This document shows positions 22,220 through 32,318 of a stretch of DNA of 32,318 nt, piece after piece. The stretch is taken from positions 9,925,921 through 9,958,238 of the forward strand of contig NC_068997.1 of assembly GCF_001194135.2 (NCBI RefSeq), written 5' to 3'. The stretch is from Octopus bimaculoides. Taxonomy: Eukaryota. The notes under the pieces were generated by a model. The model made no database searches, was not told the origin of the DNA, and saw nothing but the letters and a program-made list of their open reading frames with translations. Made by a program: the position numbers and the translations under genes. Every line of letters begins with the position of its first letter. Position 1 is the first letter of the stretch.

Positions 22220-22735
22220 TTCCTTACCTCTACCCATCTTTTGTTCGATTCATACTCTTGCAAACTTACCTGATTCTCAACACCTGTCCAACTCACCTGT
22301 TTCCCTGTACTCATCCCTCTCACATTCACCTTCTTGTACCTTGAGGGTATGTCCTGAAACCTTAATACCACCATCTTCTCCCATTTTCTGGCTAGGGTAG
22401 CCATGTATCTCCTCTATAATAGGACATCTGTTTCTGTCCCTGCTTCATATTCTTGCCTCTCAACACCTGAAACAAAGCCGCTTCCCTCAATCCTGCACCC
22501 TTCATCAATCAAGCTACTTGATCTCATTTGGGCTGGTATCATGTAAAAAGCACCCTGTACATTCGGTAAAGTGGTCGGCATTAGGAAGGACATCCAGCGG
22601 CAGAAACCATACCAAAGCAAACATTGGAGCTTGCTGCTGTCCTCAGATCCATTGGATCCTGACAAACCATCCAACCATCCAACCCATGCCAGTATGGAAA
22701 ATGGACACTAAATGATGAGGATGATGATGATGATT
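22220..22735 (+). mobile_element. RTE-like LINE 3' fragment
   Basis: Core at 22540-22735 with (GAT)n tail; upstream part related to 4010-4225. The 5' boundary is approximate. Confidence 0.7.
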
Positions 22736-23074
22736 TAGAGATACCTCGAAGAATATGTGTTTAATCTGTCCTTCCTTGAGATGATGAGTGGGTGTGATTT
22801 GAATGAGATTTGGCTGCTATTTCTTACAGGTTGAGGGAACATATAGAAACCCTTTCAGTGGTTTTCTGGATGTAGTACATTATTACAGGCATGGAGAAAA
22901 AATTAAGTGAAATGGTTCAACTGGTCATTGAATCCTTACTACTTACATTGATGTCACTGCACATTTACCATTCTGCTATAAATGCCTGAGAAAATTCCAT
23001 TCCCATTATAATGACTATTTTCAGCAAGTTCAGATGGTTCATGTTTTTATTTGTTTTCTTTTTGAATAACTCAC

Positions 23075-23144
23075 ATGTAGAATTGCGTCTTTCTGGGTCA
23101 CCAGTTGATTATAATGATGCTGGTCAGTGTAGCAAAACTGCAGT
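23075..23144 (-). CDS. Candidate 70-nt internal exon of an unidentified gene
   Basis: Minus strand has tgtttacag|...ctacat|gtgagt. Only one frame is open: LQFCYTDQHHYNQLVTQKDAILH. It lies in non-repetitive sequence; no homology confirmed. Confidence 0.3.
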
Positions 23145-23384
23145 CTGTAAACATTTCGAAAGTAAACAAGACATTTTCAATAATATTATTGTTTAAAGCT
23201 AAATTTTACCAGATATTTATTTGTATATTGATTTATTTATCTGTTTAATTTTTGTGTTTGGGTGTGTGAGTTGGGTGGCTGCAGATAGCAATAGGGTGTG
23301 ATCAAGAAAAGAAAATCATATTTAAAAAATATAATATGGAAACACAAAAACAAAAAAAAACAAAAATAGAGAAATCCTCAAATG

Positions 23385-23515
23385 CAGGCATGGCTGTGGG
23401 GTTAAGGAGCTTGTTTTACAACCACATAGTTTTTGGTTCAATCTCACTGTGGGCAAATTTCTTTTACTTCAGCCCCAGTGCCTTGTGAGTGAATTTCATG
23501 GAAACCGTGAGGAAC
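23385..23515 (+). mobile_element. SINE head S2 (degenerate)
   Basis: gcatggctgtggggttaaggagcttg...ggttcaatctc...ccttgtgagtgaattt. Confidence 0.7.
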
Positions 23516-23569
23516 CCCATCAAAACCTTTTATTTTTTAATGCATTTCTGCCCCCAAATTGTGACCATA

Positions 23570-23800
23570 CTAAGGCCCTGTCAGTGTTATCCACTTTCCC
23601 ATGGTCTTTCTTATGCGATTAGCATTCAATACTGCTGCCCTCTTTTGAGTTTTTTGCTGTGATGTGGGTTTATCTGGGACCTTGGAAAGCAGGAGGTCAT
23701 GTTGTTTCTTGAAAACACCTACCTTTACTCCATGTAGATCTCTCAGATGTTTTGGCAAGGTATTAAATAGCTGTGACCCCTTGAATCCCAAGTTATTGAG
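23570..23800 (-). mobile_element. CR1/Jockey-like LINE ORF2 C-terminal fragment
   Basis: Supplied ORF 23570..23791 reads GFKGSQLFNTLPKHLRDLHGVKVGVFKKQHDLLLSKVPD, matching the common G..LFN.LP..LR....FK..LD..L...PD LINE terminus. Confidence 0.65.
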
Positions 23801-23857
23801 AATATATATTAATTACATATATTATATGTCTTTGTGTTTGCTCCCTCTGCTGCCTGA

Positions 23858-24035
23858 CAGCAAGTGTTGGTTTGTTTATCTCCCCTAACTTAGTGGTTCA
23901 ACGAAAGTTATCGACAGAATAAGTAATAGACTTAAGAAGGAATAAGTATTGGGGTTGATTTGTTTGGACTGAACCCTTCAAGGTGGTGCCCTAGCATGGT
24001 CGCATTCAGTAACTGAAACAGAAGGTAAAAGAAAT
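23858..24035 (+). mobile_element. SINE tail module C
   Basis: gtgttggtttgttta...taacttagtggttc...ggtggtgccctagcatggtcgca...ctgaaacag, ending in an A-rich stretch. Confidence 0.65.
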
Positions 24036-24746
24036 GATCCCCACCACACACACACACACACACACACACAAACACGCACACACACACTAAGAAGTAAAAG
24101 AACAGCTCTGACCTCTAGACTGAATTAAAGGATAAGAGATGAAGAAAGAACATTGAAGAAATAACAAAGAGAGAGAGATATTGAACAGTGATGAACATAG
24201 AAAAAAAAATGTGGAACAGAGAGAATGATCCGGAGAAAGAAAGAATGAGAGGTGGAAAAGCAAATACAGCAGGAATTTTAGAGAAAAAGTTATGAATTGA
24301 GTTTTAATTATATTGATTTATCTTTCAAAGTTCTGAGAGCTTTTTCCACAATAAATGAGATGTATTTTTGAAAGAATGGTCAGCCTAGCGTGTTCCAAAT
24401 CACAGGAATGACACAGACTAAATCTCACCATAAACACAGTTATTTTGTCTTTTGTTGATTCAAGAGTTTTGCAATCAATTAACACTTGAAGAGGAAATTA
24501 AATTGATTTCCAGTTTGGTTTTCTTGCTTGCTTGTTTTTTTTTTTTTTTTTGACTTTTCTTTGTTAGTTTCTTTTTTTACTCTTTTACTGATTTTATTTA
24601 TTTATTTATTGTTGTTGTTGTTATTGTTATTATTCTTGTTTCTATATCTTTGGTATGTCTTTGTATGTCAGATTCTTGTTTTTTGGGGGCTTTTTAAAAT
24701 GTCATTTTGTCTTATCCAGAGATGTATTGGCTTCAGTTTGCTTGCT

Positions 24747-24810
<64 letters not shown>

Positions 24811-25656
24811 TGTATGTATGTAGTTGAAATTTACAGAAAACAAAAGACAAAGACAGGTGTAGGATTAACAAGCAGGTGTATTAGTTTAATGCTCAGGAAG
24901 AGATGAAAAGTCTTTTACATTTCGGGCCTATGCTCTTTCACAGAAAGGATTAAGAGGTTAAAAAAACAAACAAGAGAAAATGGAAAAAATGGAGAGAGAA
25001 AATGTGCTGAGTTCAATGGTCCAACATGACGAGATGACCAGGAAAAAGGGGCTGAATGAAAGGGAGATAGTAGTGATAATGGTAATGGTGACCCCCAACA
25101 AACTAAGGTGTGCAAGTGCATGTGTGTGTGTGAGAATGGTGTGTGTGTGAGTATGTATGTGTGAATGGGGTGAGTGTGTGTGTGTGTAGGTGTGAGTCTG
25201 TCTGTCTCTTGCTTTGTGTAGCTAAAGGAACAAGATGATTGGCAATTTGCTGTGCTCAAGAAGATCCGTCTATCTCATCAAAAAAAAAAAAAAGAAAAAG
25301 GTCCTATAAGCATATCATTTATATCTATGACCCCTACACCTGGTCTATGCCTGTCAAGGCTTCACCATAACTCATCTTCCTAACACACTCTTCCATCCCT
25401 TCTCTAACTACAGCTACAGCACTATTTACTCATTTACTAAACTACTGAGAGCACGCATGCACATATTTCGTCATCCTTTTGTGCTACCAGATATCCTTCT
25501 TGTTGGAACCACTTTCCTTGTCATTCATTGCACCATTCTTAGTTTCAACCCCTGCCACTTTATTTTCCACTGAATGTCTCCTTACTCCTAAACAGCCTCT
25601 CGTATCTGCCACTGACAACCCCCATTTCCCCTTTACATACATAAAGGAGCACTCTG

Positions 25657-25968
25657 TTGGTTACGATGATGAGGGTCCCAGCTGATATGATCAAAGGAAC
25701 AGCTTGCTCATGGTATTAACGTACAAGTGGCTGAGCACTCCACAGACATGTGTACCCTTAACGTAGTTCTCAGGAGATTCAACGTGACACAGAGTGTGAC
25801 AAGGCCTGGCCCTTTGAAATACAGGTACTACTCATTTTTGCCAGCTGAGTGGACTGGAGCAATATGAAATAAAGTGCCTTGCTCAAGGACACAATGCATC
25901 ACCAGGGATTGAACTCATGACCTTACGATTGTGAGCCAAATGCCCTAACCACTAAGCCATGTACCTTC
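25657..25968 (-). mobile_element. Near full-length SINE S4
   Basis: On the minus strand: tRNA-like head (tggcttagtggttagggc...gagttcaatccc), central tgtgtccttgagcaaggcacttta..ctccagtccactcagctg block, then the S3 3' half. Confidence 0.85.
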
Positions 25969-26252
25969 ACTATATATATATTGCTTATGTCATATGAGTT
26001 CAGAAACTTCAAGAGATATGGAATAGATCGTTTTAATGGTGGAACTCAAAGTAGATATAACTATAAATCACAGCAGGTAAACATTGAGGTAAAAAAAATC
26101 CCTTGGATGGGGAAATTGAAGGGAAGCCTTTAACTTTTCCGATCTAAAGCATTTTTAATCTAATAGTTACACGTTGTTATTTATAGTTTCATCTACTTCA
26201 GGTGACATAATTAAAAATCATTTATTATATATATACATATATATATATATAT

Positions 26253-26916
26253 ATGTATATATATAAAATCTATGTGTATATGAATATACACCCTCTCTGA
26301 CTTATTCTTCATGAGGTCAAGGTTTATCTATGTTAGTGTTTATATGCACACACACAATATTTATGTGTAATATGTATGTATGTAGTGTGTATATGTATGT
26401 ATGTTATGTATGTAATGTATGTATGTATGTAGGTAAGTGTGTGTTTGTGTGTGAATGTACGCATGTATGCCTGTTTTTTGTGTTGAGTAAATTAAAATTG
26501 TGCTAACAGATTAAAATTCAGTAAAATATTCTAAAAGACTAAATTTTTAGAATCAAGAATCTTTAGAATTAAAATTAATTTGCTCCTGATTAAATTAACT
26601 TTTCGAAATGTATGCAATCCATTTTAGTAAGTCTCNNNNNNNNNNATGTATATATATAAAATCTATGTGTATATGAATATACACCCTCTCTGACTTATTC
26701 TTCATGAGGTCAAGGTTTATCTATGTTAGTGTTTATATGCACACACACAATATTTATGTGTAATATGTATGTATGTAGTGTGTATATGTATGTATGTTAT
26801 GTATGTAATGTATGTATGTATGTAGGTAAGTGTGTGTTTGTGTGTGAATGTACGCATGTATGCCTGTTTTTTGTGTTGAGTAAATTAAAATTGTGCTAAC
26901 AGATTAAAATTCAGTA
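26253..26916. other. 271-bp exact direct duplication around a 10-N gap (probable scaffolding artefact)
   Basis: 26253-26523 appears identical to 26646-26916; the second copy starts and ends exactly at N-gaps. Confidence 0.8.
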
Positions 26917-27751
26917 NNNNNNNNNNNNNNNNNNNNNNNNNNNNNNNNNNNNNNNNNNNNNNNNNNNNNNNNNNNNNNNNNNNNNNNNNNNNNNNNNNNN
27001 NNNNNNNNNNNNNNNNNNNNNNNNNNNNNNNNNNNNNNNNNNNNNNNNNNNNNNNNNNNNNNNNNNNNNNNNNNNNNNNNNNNNNNNNNNNNNNNNNNNN
27101 NNNNNNNNNNNNNNNNNNNNNNNNNNNNNNNNNNNNNNNNNNNNNNNNNNNNNNNNNNNNNNNNNNNNNNNNNNNNNNNNNNNNNNNNNNNNNNNNNNNN
27201 NNNNNNNNNNNNNNNNNNNNNNNNNNNNNNNNNNNNNNNNNNNNNNNNNNNNNNNNNNNNNNNNNNNNNNNNNNNNNNNNNNNNNNNNNNNNNNNNNNNN
27301 NNNNNNNNNNNNNNNNNNNNNNNNNNNNNNNNNNNNNNNNNNNNNNNNNNNNNNNNNNNNNNNNNNNNNNNNNNNNNNNNNNNNNNNNNNNNNNNNNNNN
27401 NNNNNNNNNNNNNNNNNNNNNNNNNNNNNNNNNNNNNNNNNNNNNNNNNNNNNNNNNNNNNNNNNNNNNNNNNNNNNNNNNNNNNNNNNNNNNNNNNNNN
27501 NNNNNNNNNNNNNNNNNNNNNNNNNNNNNNNNNNNNNNNNNNNNNNNNNNNNNNNNNNNNNNNNNNNNNNNNNNNNNNNNNNNNNNNNNNNNNNNNNNNN
27601 NNNNNNNNNNNNNNNNNNNNNNNNNNNNNNNNNNNNNNNNNNNNNNNNNNNNNNNNNNNNNNNNNNNNNNNNNNNNNNNNNNNNNNNNNNNNNNNNNNNN
27701 NNNNNNNNNNNNNNNNNNNNNNNNNNNNNNNNNNNNNNNNNNNNNNNNNNN

Positions 27752-27795
<44 letters not shown>

Positions 27796-27879
27796 ACACA
27801 CTATACACACACACACACACACACATATTTTTATATGTATGTATATAGTGCTAAGAATAGGTAACAAACAGCCTCTCCT

Positions 27880-28065
27880 GGAAGTTACAGCTTGCAATTT
27901 GCTTACTCATGTAAACTGCACCTAGCAACCTACCTCTTGTGGAAGTTGCACCCAGCAATCTGCTATGCTATGAAAATTTTCCCTTGCAGCCTACCTACTG
28001 ATGGAAACCGCACCTAGTGTCCTACACTTTTATGGAAGTTATTTCAAGCCTTCTGCCACTTTTGT
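27880..28065. repeat. Degenerate ~31-bp minisatellite
   Basis: Units start at 27880, 27911, 27941, 27972, 28003 and 28034; consensus roughly ggaagttgcacctagcaacctac.t.tt.t. Confidence 0.7.
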
Positions 28066-28323
28066 AAGCTTTCACCCCTTTATAGAAATTGCTTCAAGTC
28101 AATTGCCCCCGCTGTGCAACCTTCCATTTCTGGAAAGTTTCCTCGATATAAGCTGCACCTAGGAACTTACTTATAAAAGTTTTATGGTCAAACTGGCCAT
28201 ATCCAGCCTCTCACACCTATCCTACAATGTCATTCTCAAAATAAACAATATGGATGAATAAGAATTACGTTTCACAGAATAATAATAATCTGAAAGCTTG
28301 AAGGATTAAAGATGAGACTTCTT

Positions 28324-28533
28324 ATATTATGTGATAAACACAATACATGTATTTATGAGCTCCTATGAGTTTCATGTGCTGAAAGCATGTCAGGCCCTGT
28401 TTTTTTAATATGTCTGGTGTCCTAGCAATCTAGACACCAGACATGTTAAAAAAAAAACACTGTTTGGCATGCTCTCAGGACATAAAAATAATAGTACCAC
28501 ATAGAAACATATATTGTGTTTATTAAATAATAT
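28324..28533. mobile_element. 210-bp imperfect palindrome, probable MITE or fold-back element
   Basis: Arms of ~100 bp pair from atattat/ataatat inward to tttttttaa.atgtctggtgtc/gacaccagacatgttaaaaaaa, with a 4-nt loop at 28426-28429. Confidence 0.7.
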
Positions 28534-28594
28534 TTATTTCTTACCAGTTGGAGAACATTTTTTGTTGATCTTACCATCAGGGAACACTACACTG

Positions 28595-28670
<76 letters not shown>

Positions 28671-28734
28671 TGTATACATACAGATAGATGGATGGACAGA
28701 TGTGTGTGTGTGTGTGTGTGTGTTTGTTGCTTTT

Positions 28735-28970
28735 TGTCTTGATGTAGCATGATAGTTGTAAATGATTGTCAATCATATGAGTAGTGTCACTCATTTCCAA
28801 TATTTTCTGAGAACATTTCTGGTCACGGGAATATATTACCTTGCTTGGAAAGCAGGTATGGGTTGGTGACAGCAAAGGTATCTGGCTACAAAAGATTTGC
28901 CTTTATGAACTCTAACACATATGCCAGCATGGAAAACGGATGTTAAGGGTTGATGATGATGATGATGATG
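28735..28970 (+). mobile_element. SINE tail module B after (TG)n, with (GAT)n tail
   Basis: Homologous to 100-352; ends atgccagcatggaaaacggatgttaa..gatgatgat. Confidence 0.7.
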
Positions 28971-29009
28971 ATAGACATATTAGAAGAAGACCCATAAAGC
29001 CAAGCAAAA

Positions 29010-29252
29010 TCACAGTCATGGCAGATACCAGTGCCACGCAAATGGCACCTATGCCTGTGACATGTAAAAGAAGCCATTACACTCTCTGAGTGGTTGGCAT
29101 TAGGAAGGGCATCTAACCATAAAAAACCATGCCAAATCAGATTGGAGTCTGGTGCAGCCTTCCAGCTTACCAGCCCTGGTCAAACCATCCAACCCATGCC
29201 AGCATGGACAATGCATATTAAAGGATGATGATGATGATGATAACGATGATGA
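29010..29252 (+). mobile_element. RTE-like LINE 3' fragment
   Basis: Core ggttggcattaggaagggcatc...ccaacccatgccagcatgg followed by (GAT)n. Confidence 0.8.
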
Positions 29253-29542
29253 TTGTACATATAAATATGCACAAGTGATTAAACAAATGAAAGAAAATAG
29301 CACTCCACACATTTGACGAGAGTTGCATAGATTTTTTTTAAATAACCGTTTGACACAGCTAAGTCAAATGGTTATTGAAAATATATACACACAGAATACA
29401 GAAAGGATTATAATCCAAGCTGTGTCCTCATGAAGCACATCTGCATAATCTGGCTATCAAATGTATGTATGAAACCTTTGCAACTGCCATCAATTCCAGT
29501 CTTTATTTTAGTATCTATTTGAGCATGCGTTTGTCTGTTTCT

Positions 29543-29610
<68 letters not shown>

Positions 29611-30089
29611 NNNNNNNNNNNNNNNNNNNNNNNNNNNNNNNNNNNNNNNNNNNNNNNNNNNNNNNNNNNNNNNNNNNNNNNNNNNNNNNNNNNNNNNNNN
29701 NNNNNNNNNNNNNNNNNNNNNNNNNNNNNNNNNNNNNNNNNNNNNNNNNNNNATATATATAAATAATATAAATAGTTTTTTGATCAGTAGAATTCAATTG
29801 ACCTTGTTTTTTTTTTTATATTTTCTTTTTACTTTTCTTCCTATTTTAATTTTTTGGTTTTTTTTTTCTTAATCCTTAGCTAAATTGCAAAAGAAACTTT
29901 ACAGAAGTTATCTTTGTCCTTTATAGCAAATATATAAAGCTATATCTAGAACTGCTTCAAAAACAGCCACAGTCTCCAGAACAAAACCAGGGAATAACCT
30001 TAATTGGAATAATGGACTTAGTTTAACTTGTTTACATTACCTGTGAGGGTGGGGTGGGGGTGTTTTTGTATTAGGATTGTATAAAGTGG

Positions 30090-30252
30090 ATATGAGTGTA
30101 TATGTATGTATATATATACACACACACCCATATATGTATATGTTTATATGTATGTGTGTGTATATGCATAGATGTACATATGCAGCCATATATATATATA
30201 TATAAATATATATGGACATATACACCCATGTACATACATATATATATGTGCA

Positions 30253-30293
<41 letters not shown>

Positions 30294-30382
30294 AGACATA
30301 CACACATGCGCATGCATATACACTAACGTATATATAAACATAAGTTCACTGAAATGAGAAGAAAACATGAAACAGTATTTTT

Positions 30383-30418
<36 letters not shown>

Positions 30419-30731
30419 CGTGTTTTTCGTGCTTTCTTCTGATTTCACTGAATGTTTATTTTTTTCCCCTTCTATGTTGTTCTAGGCAAGGAATAATTTT
30501 AAAACTTTCTTTTATTTTATCTTATTTTTCTTATTTACACACACACACACACACACATATGTATAAGTTCATCAAGTCAATTATTATTCCTCACTTTAAG
30601 ATATTGTTGGAGCCAGCCAATTATTTTCGTTTATTGCGTTTAAAAAAAGTGAAATGGGATGGTTTTGATAGTCCATACATTCCATCGTACTCTATCTCAC
30701 AATAGGTCTTTACTTCTTATAAGATAGAGTA

Positions 30732-30765
<34 letters not shown>

Positions 30766-30774
30766 GTCCATCCG

Positions 30775-30806
<32 letters not shown>

Positions 30807-30901
30807 CCTATCTATTTATCTATCTATCTATCTATCTATTTGTCTGTCTGTCTATGTATGTATGTATGTATGTATGTATCTATCTATCTATCTATTTATC
30901 A

Positions 30902-30930
<29 letters not shown>
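30090..30930. repeat. Microsatellite field: (AT/GT/AC)n, (TATC)n, (TATG)n, (CT)n
   Basis: Directly visible. Similar simple repeats occur at 74-104, 5488-5580, 9439-9672, 15630-15700, 16300-16359, 24750-24820, 27752-27830, 28600-28720, 29546-29610 and 32215-32318. Confidence 0.95.
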
Positions 30931-30932
<2 letters not shown>

Positions 30933-31213
30933 CACTTATATGTGTGTGTATGTGTCTGCGTATGTGTATAAATCTCTGGTGCACTAACACGGTTTTCTTT
31001 CACTACCATTCTCTACTACAGAAAGCATCTACAGATCTCAGCTGACACTATGTAATAAACAACTATAAAAATTTTGCCCTTATATATGTTCCATCTTCAT
31101 AAGTAGACAAAGAGGTATAAGCTGGTCTACCTACAATCCTGTGTCTGAATGTCACTAACAACTAGATATTCTCTTTAACCGTCCACAGAGATACCACTTA
31201 GAGAACCAATATT

Positions 31214-31429
31214 TTTTTCTACTCTAGGCACAAGGCCCTAAATATTTTGTGAGGAGGGTCCAGTCGATTAGATCGACCTCAGTATGCAACTGGTACTTAA
31301 TTTATCGACCTTGAATGGATGAAAGGCAAAGGTGACCTTGGTGGAATTTGAACTCAGAATGCAATGACAGATAAAATACCACAAAGCATTTCGCCCAGCG
31401 TGCTAACGTTTCTGCCAGCTCGCCGCCTT
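31214..31429 (-). mobile_element. SINE S1, left arm of an inverted pair, with TSD
   Basis: Direct repeat acttagagaaccaatatt at 31196-31213 and 31430-31447. Confidence 0.9.
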
Positions 31430-31456
31430 ACTTAGAGAACCAATATTACTAAAGGC

Positions 31457-31676
31457 AAGGCGGAGAGCTGCAGAAACGTTAGCACACTGGGCGAAATGCT
31501 TTGCTGTATTTCGTCTGCCGCTACGTCCTGAGTTCAAATTCCACCGAGGTCAACTTTGCCTTTCATCCTTTCGGGGTCGATAAATTAATTAACAGTTGCA
31601 TACTGAGGTCGATCTAATCGACTGGACCCTCCTCACAAAATATTTTGGGCCTTGTGCCTAGAGTAGAAAAAAATAT
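31457..31676 (+). mobile_element. SINE S1, right arm of an inverted pair
   Basis: Head aaggcggagagctgcagaaacgttagc, B-box gagttcaaattcc; its 3' flank is the reverse complement of the left copy's 3' flank. Confidence 0.9.
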
Positions 31677-31789
31677 TGGTTCTCTAAGTGGTATCTCTGT
31701 GGACAGTCAAAGAGATTGTAGGTAGAATATAGTACTAAAACCTTATACAAATCAGATATACCATTTTACATATTGGAACATAAGGTTCA

Positions 31790-31945
31790 GGAATGGCTGT
31801 GGGGTTAAAAAGCTTGCTTCCTGACCACCTGGTTTTGGGTTCAAATCCTCCTTCAGCAAGTGTCTTCTACTATAGCCCTGGGTTGTTCAAAAGATCAAAA
31901 CTTAGTATTTGGATTTGATAAATGGAAACTAAAAGAAGCCTGGCA
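31790..31945 (+). mobile_element. SINE head S2
   Basis: ggctgtggggttaaaaagcttgcttcc...gggttcaaatcc...gcaagtgtcttctactatagcc...ggaaactaaaagaagcc. Confidence 0.75.
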
Positions 31946-32287
31946 TATCTCTTCATCTGTATGTCTCTCTATCCATCTGACTGTTCAACATGGTTCTGGG
32001 TTCAGTTTCAGCAAGCATAGTATATAAAAATTTAATCCATAATTGTTAATCCAATGAAATATATTTTGTTTTGCCCATGGCTCTTCTGGAACTCGTGTCA
32101 GACAAATGATTATAGATCATGAATACTTTTATTCACTTGCAGACTTATCTTTGAGTTCTTTATTCTAAGTGGTTGGTCATAGAGCTTCTTTTGAGCTTGT
32201 TAGCCCCTGGAATATATATGCATACATTCACACATATATATATGTATATGTATACATACATATATACACACACACACACTATATATA

Positions 32288-32318
<31 letters not shown>

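Noticed and set aside
26253-26916. Recent tandem duplication
   Set aside because: The second copy is exactly identical and bounded on both sides by N-gaps, which is typical of unmerged contig overlap.
987-29872. Long ORFs containing X runs (e.g. 7332..8156, 12741..13799, 16228..17322, 26911..27897)
   Set aside because: They are open only because N-gaps contain no stop codons.
9319-30357. Poly-IY, poly-HT/VC, poly-D/H/M/I/N ORFs, including His/Asp-rich peptides that look like metal-binding or biomineral proteins
   Set aside because: They are translations of (AT)n, (AC)n, (CAT)n and (ATT)n microsatellites, open in several frames and strands at once.
30687-30732. 11-bp inverted repeat gtactctatct/agatagagtac
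   Set aside because: It is short and adjacent to a (TATC)n tract, so it is plausible by chance.

Overview
This is AT-rich, repeat-dominated eukaryotic DNA with eight N-gaps (about 3.6 kb in total). It is most likely intronic or intergenic octopus (coleoid cephalopod) sequence; that is an inference from remembered repeat families and microsatellite density, not from a search. I found no recognisable intact protein-coding gene, rRNA, tRNA or CRISPR array. The long ORFs in the supplied track are N-gap or microsatellite translations, or decayed transposon pieces. Supported content: (1) a fossil hAT DNA-transposase at ~830-5320 (+), cut into six pieces by nested retroelement insertions, some with visible target-site duplications (TSDs); (2) a non-autonomous hAT element with terminal inverted repeats (TIRs) and a TSD; (3) LINE fragments (RTE-like, CR1-like, L1/Tx1-like) and a Penelope-like fragment; (4) many tRNA-type SINEs with interchangeable heads and tails; (5) five fold-back palindromes, four of them in retroelement copies; (6) a few weak minus-strand exon candidates. 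I do not see convincing evidence for a new biological system. The best leads are the palindrome cluster, the modular SINEs and one exon candidate with an OTU-like motif.
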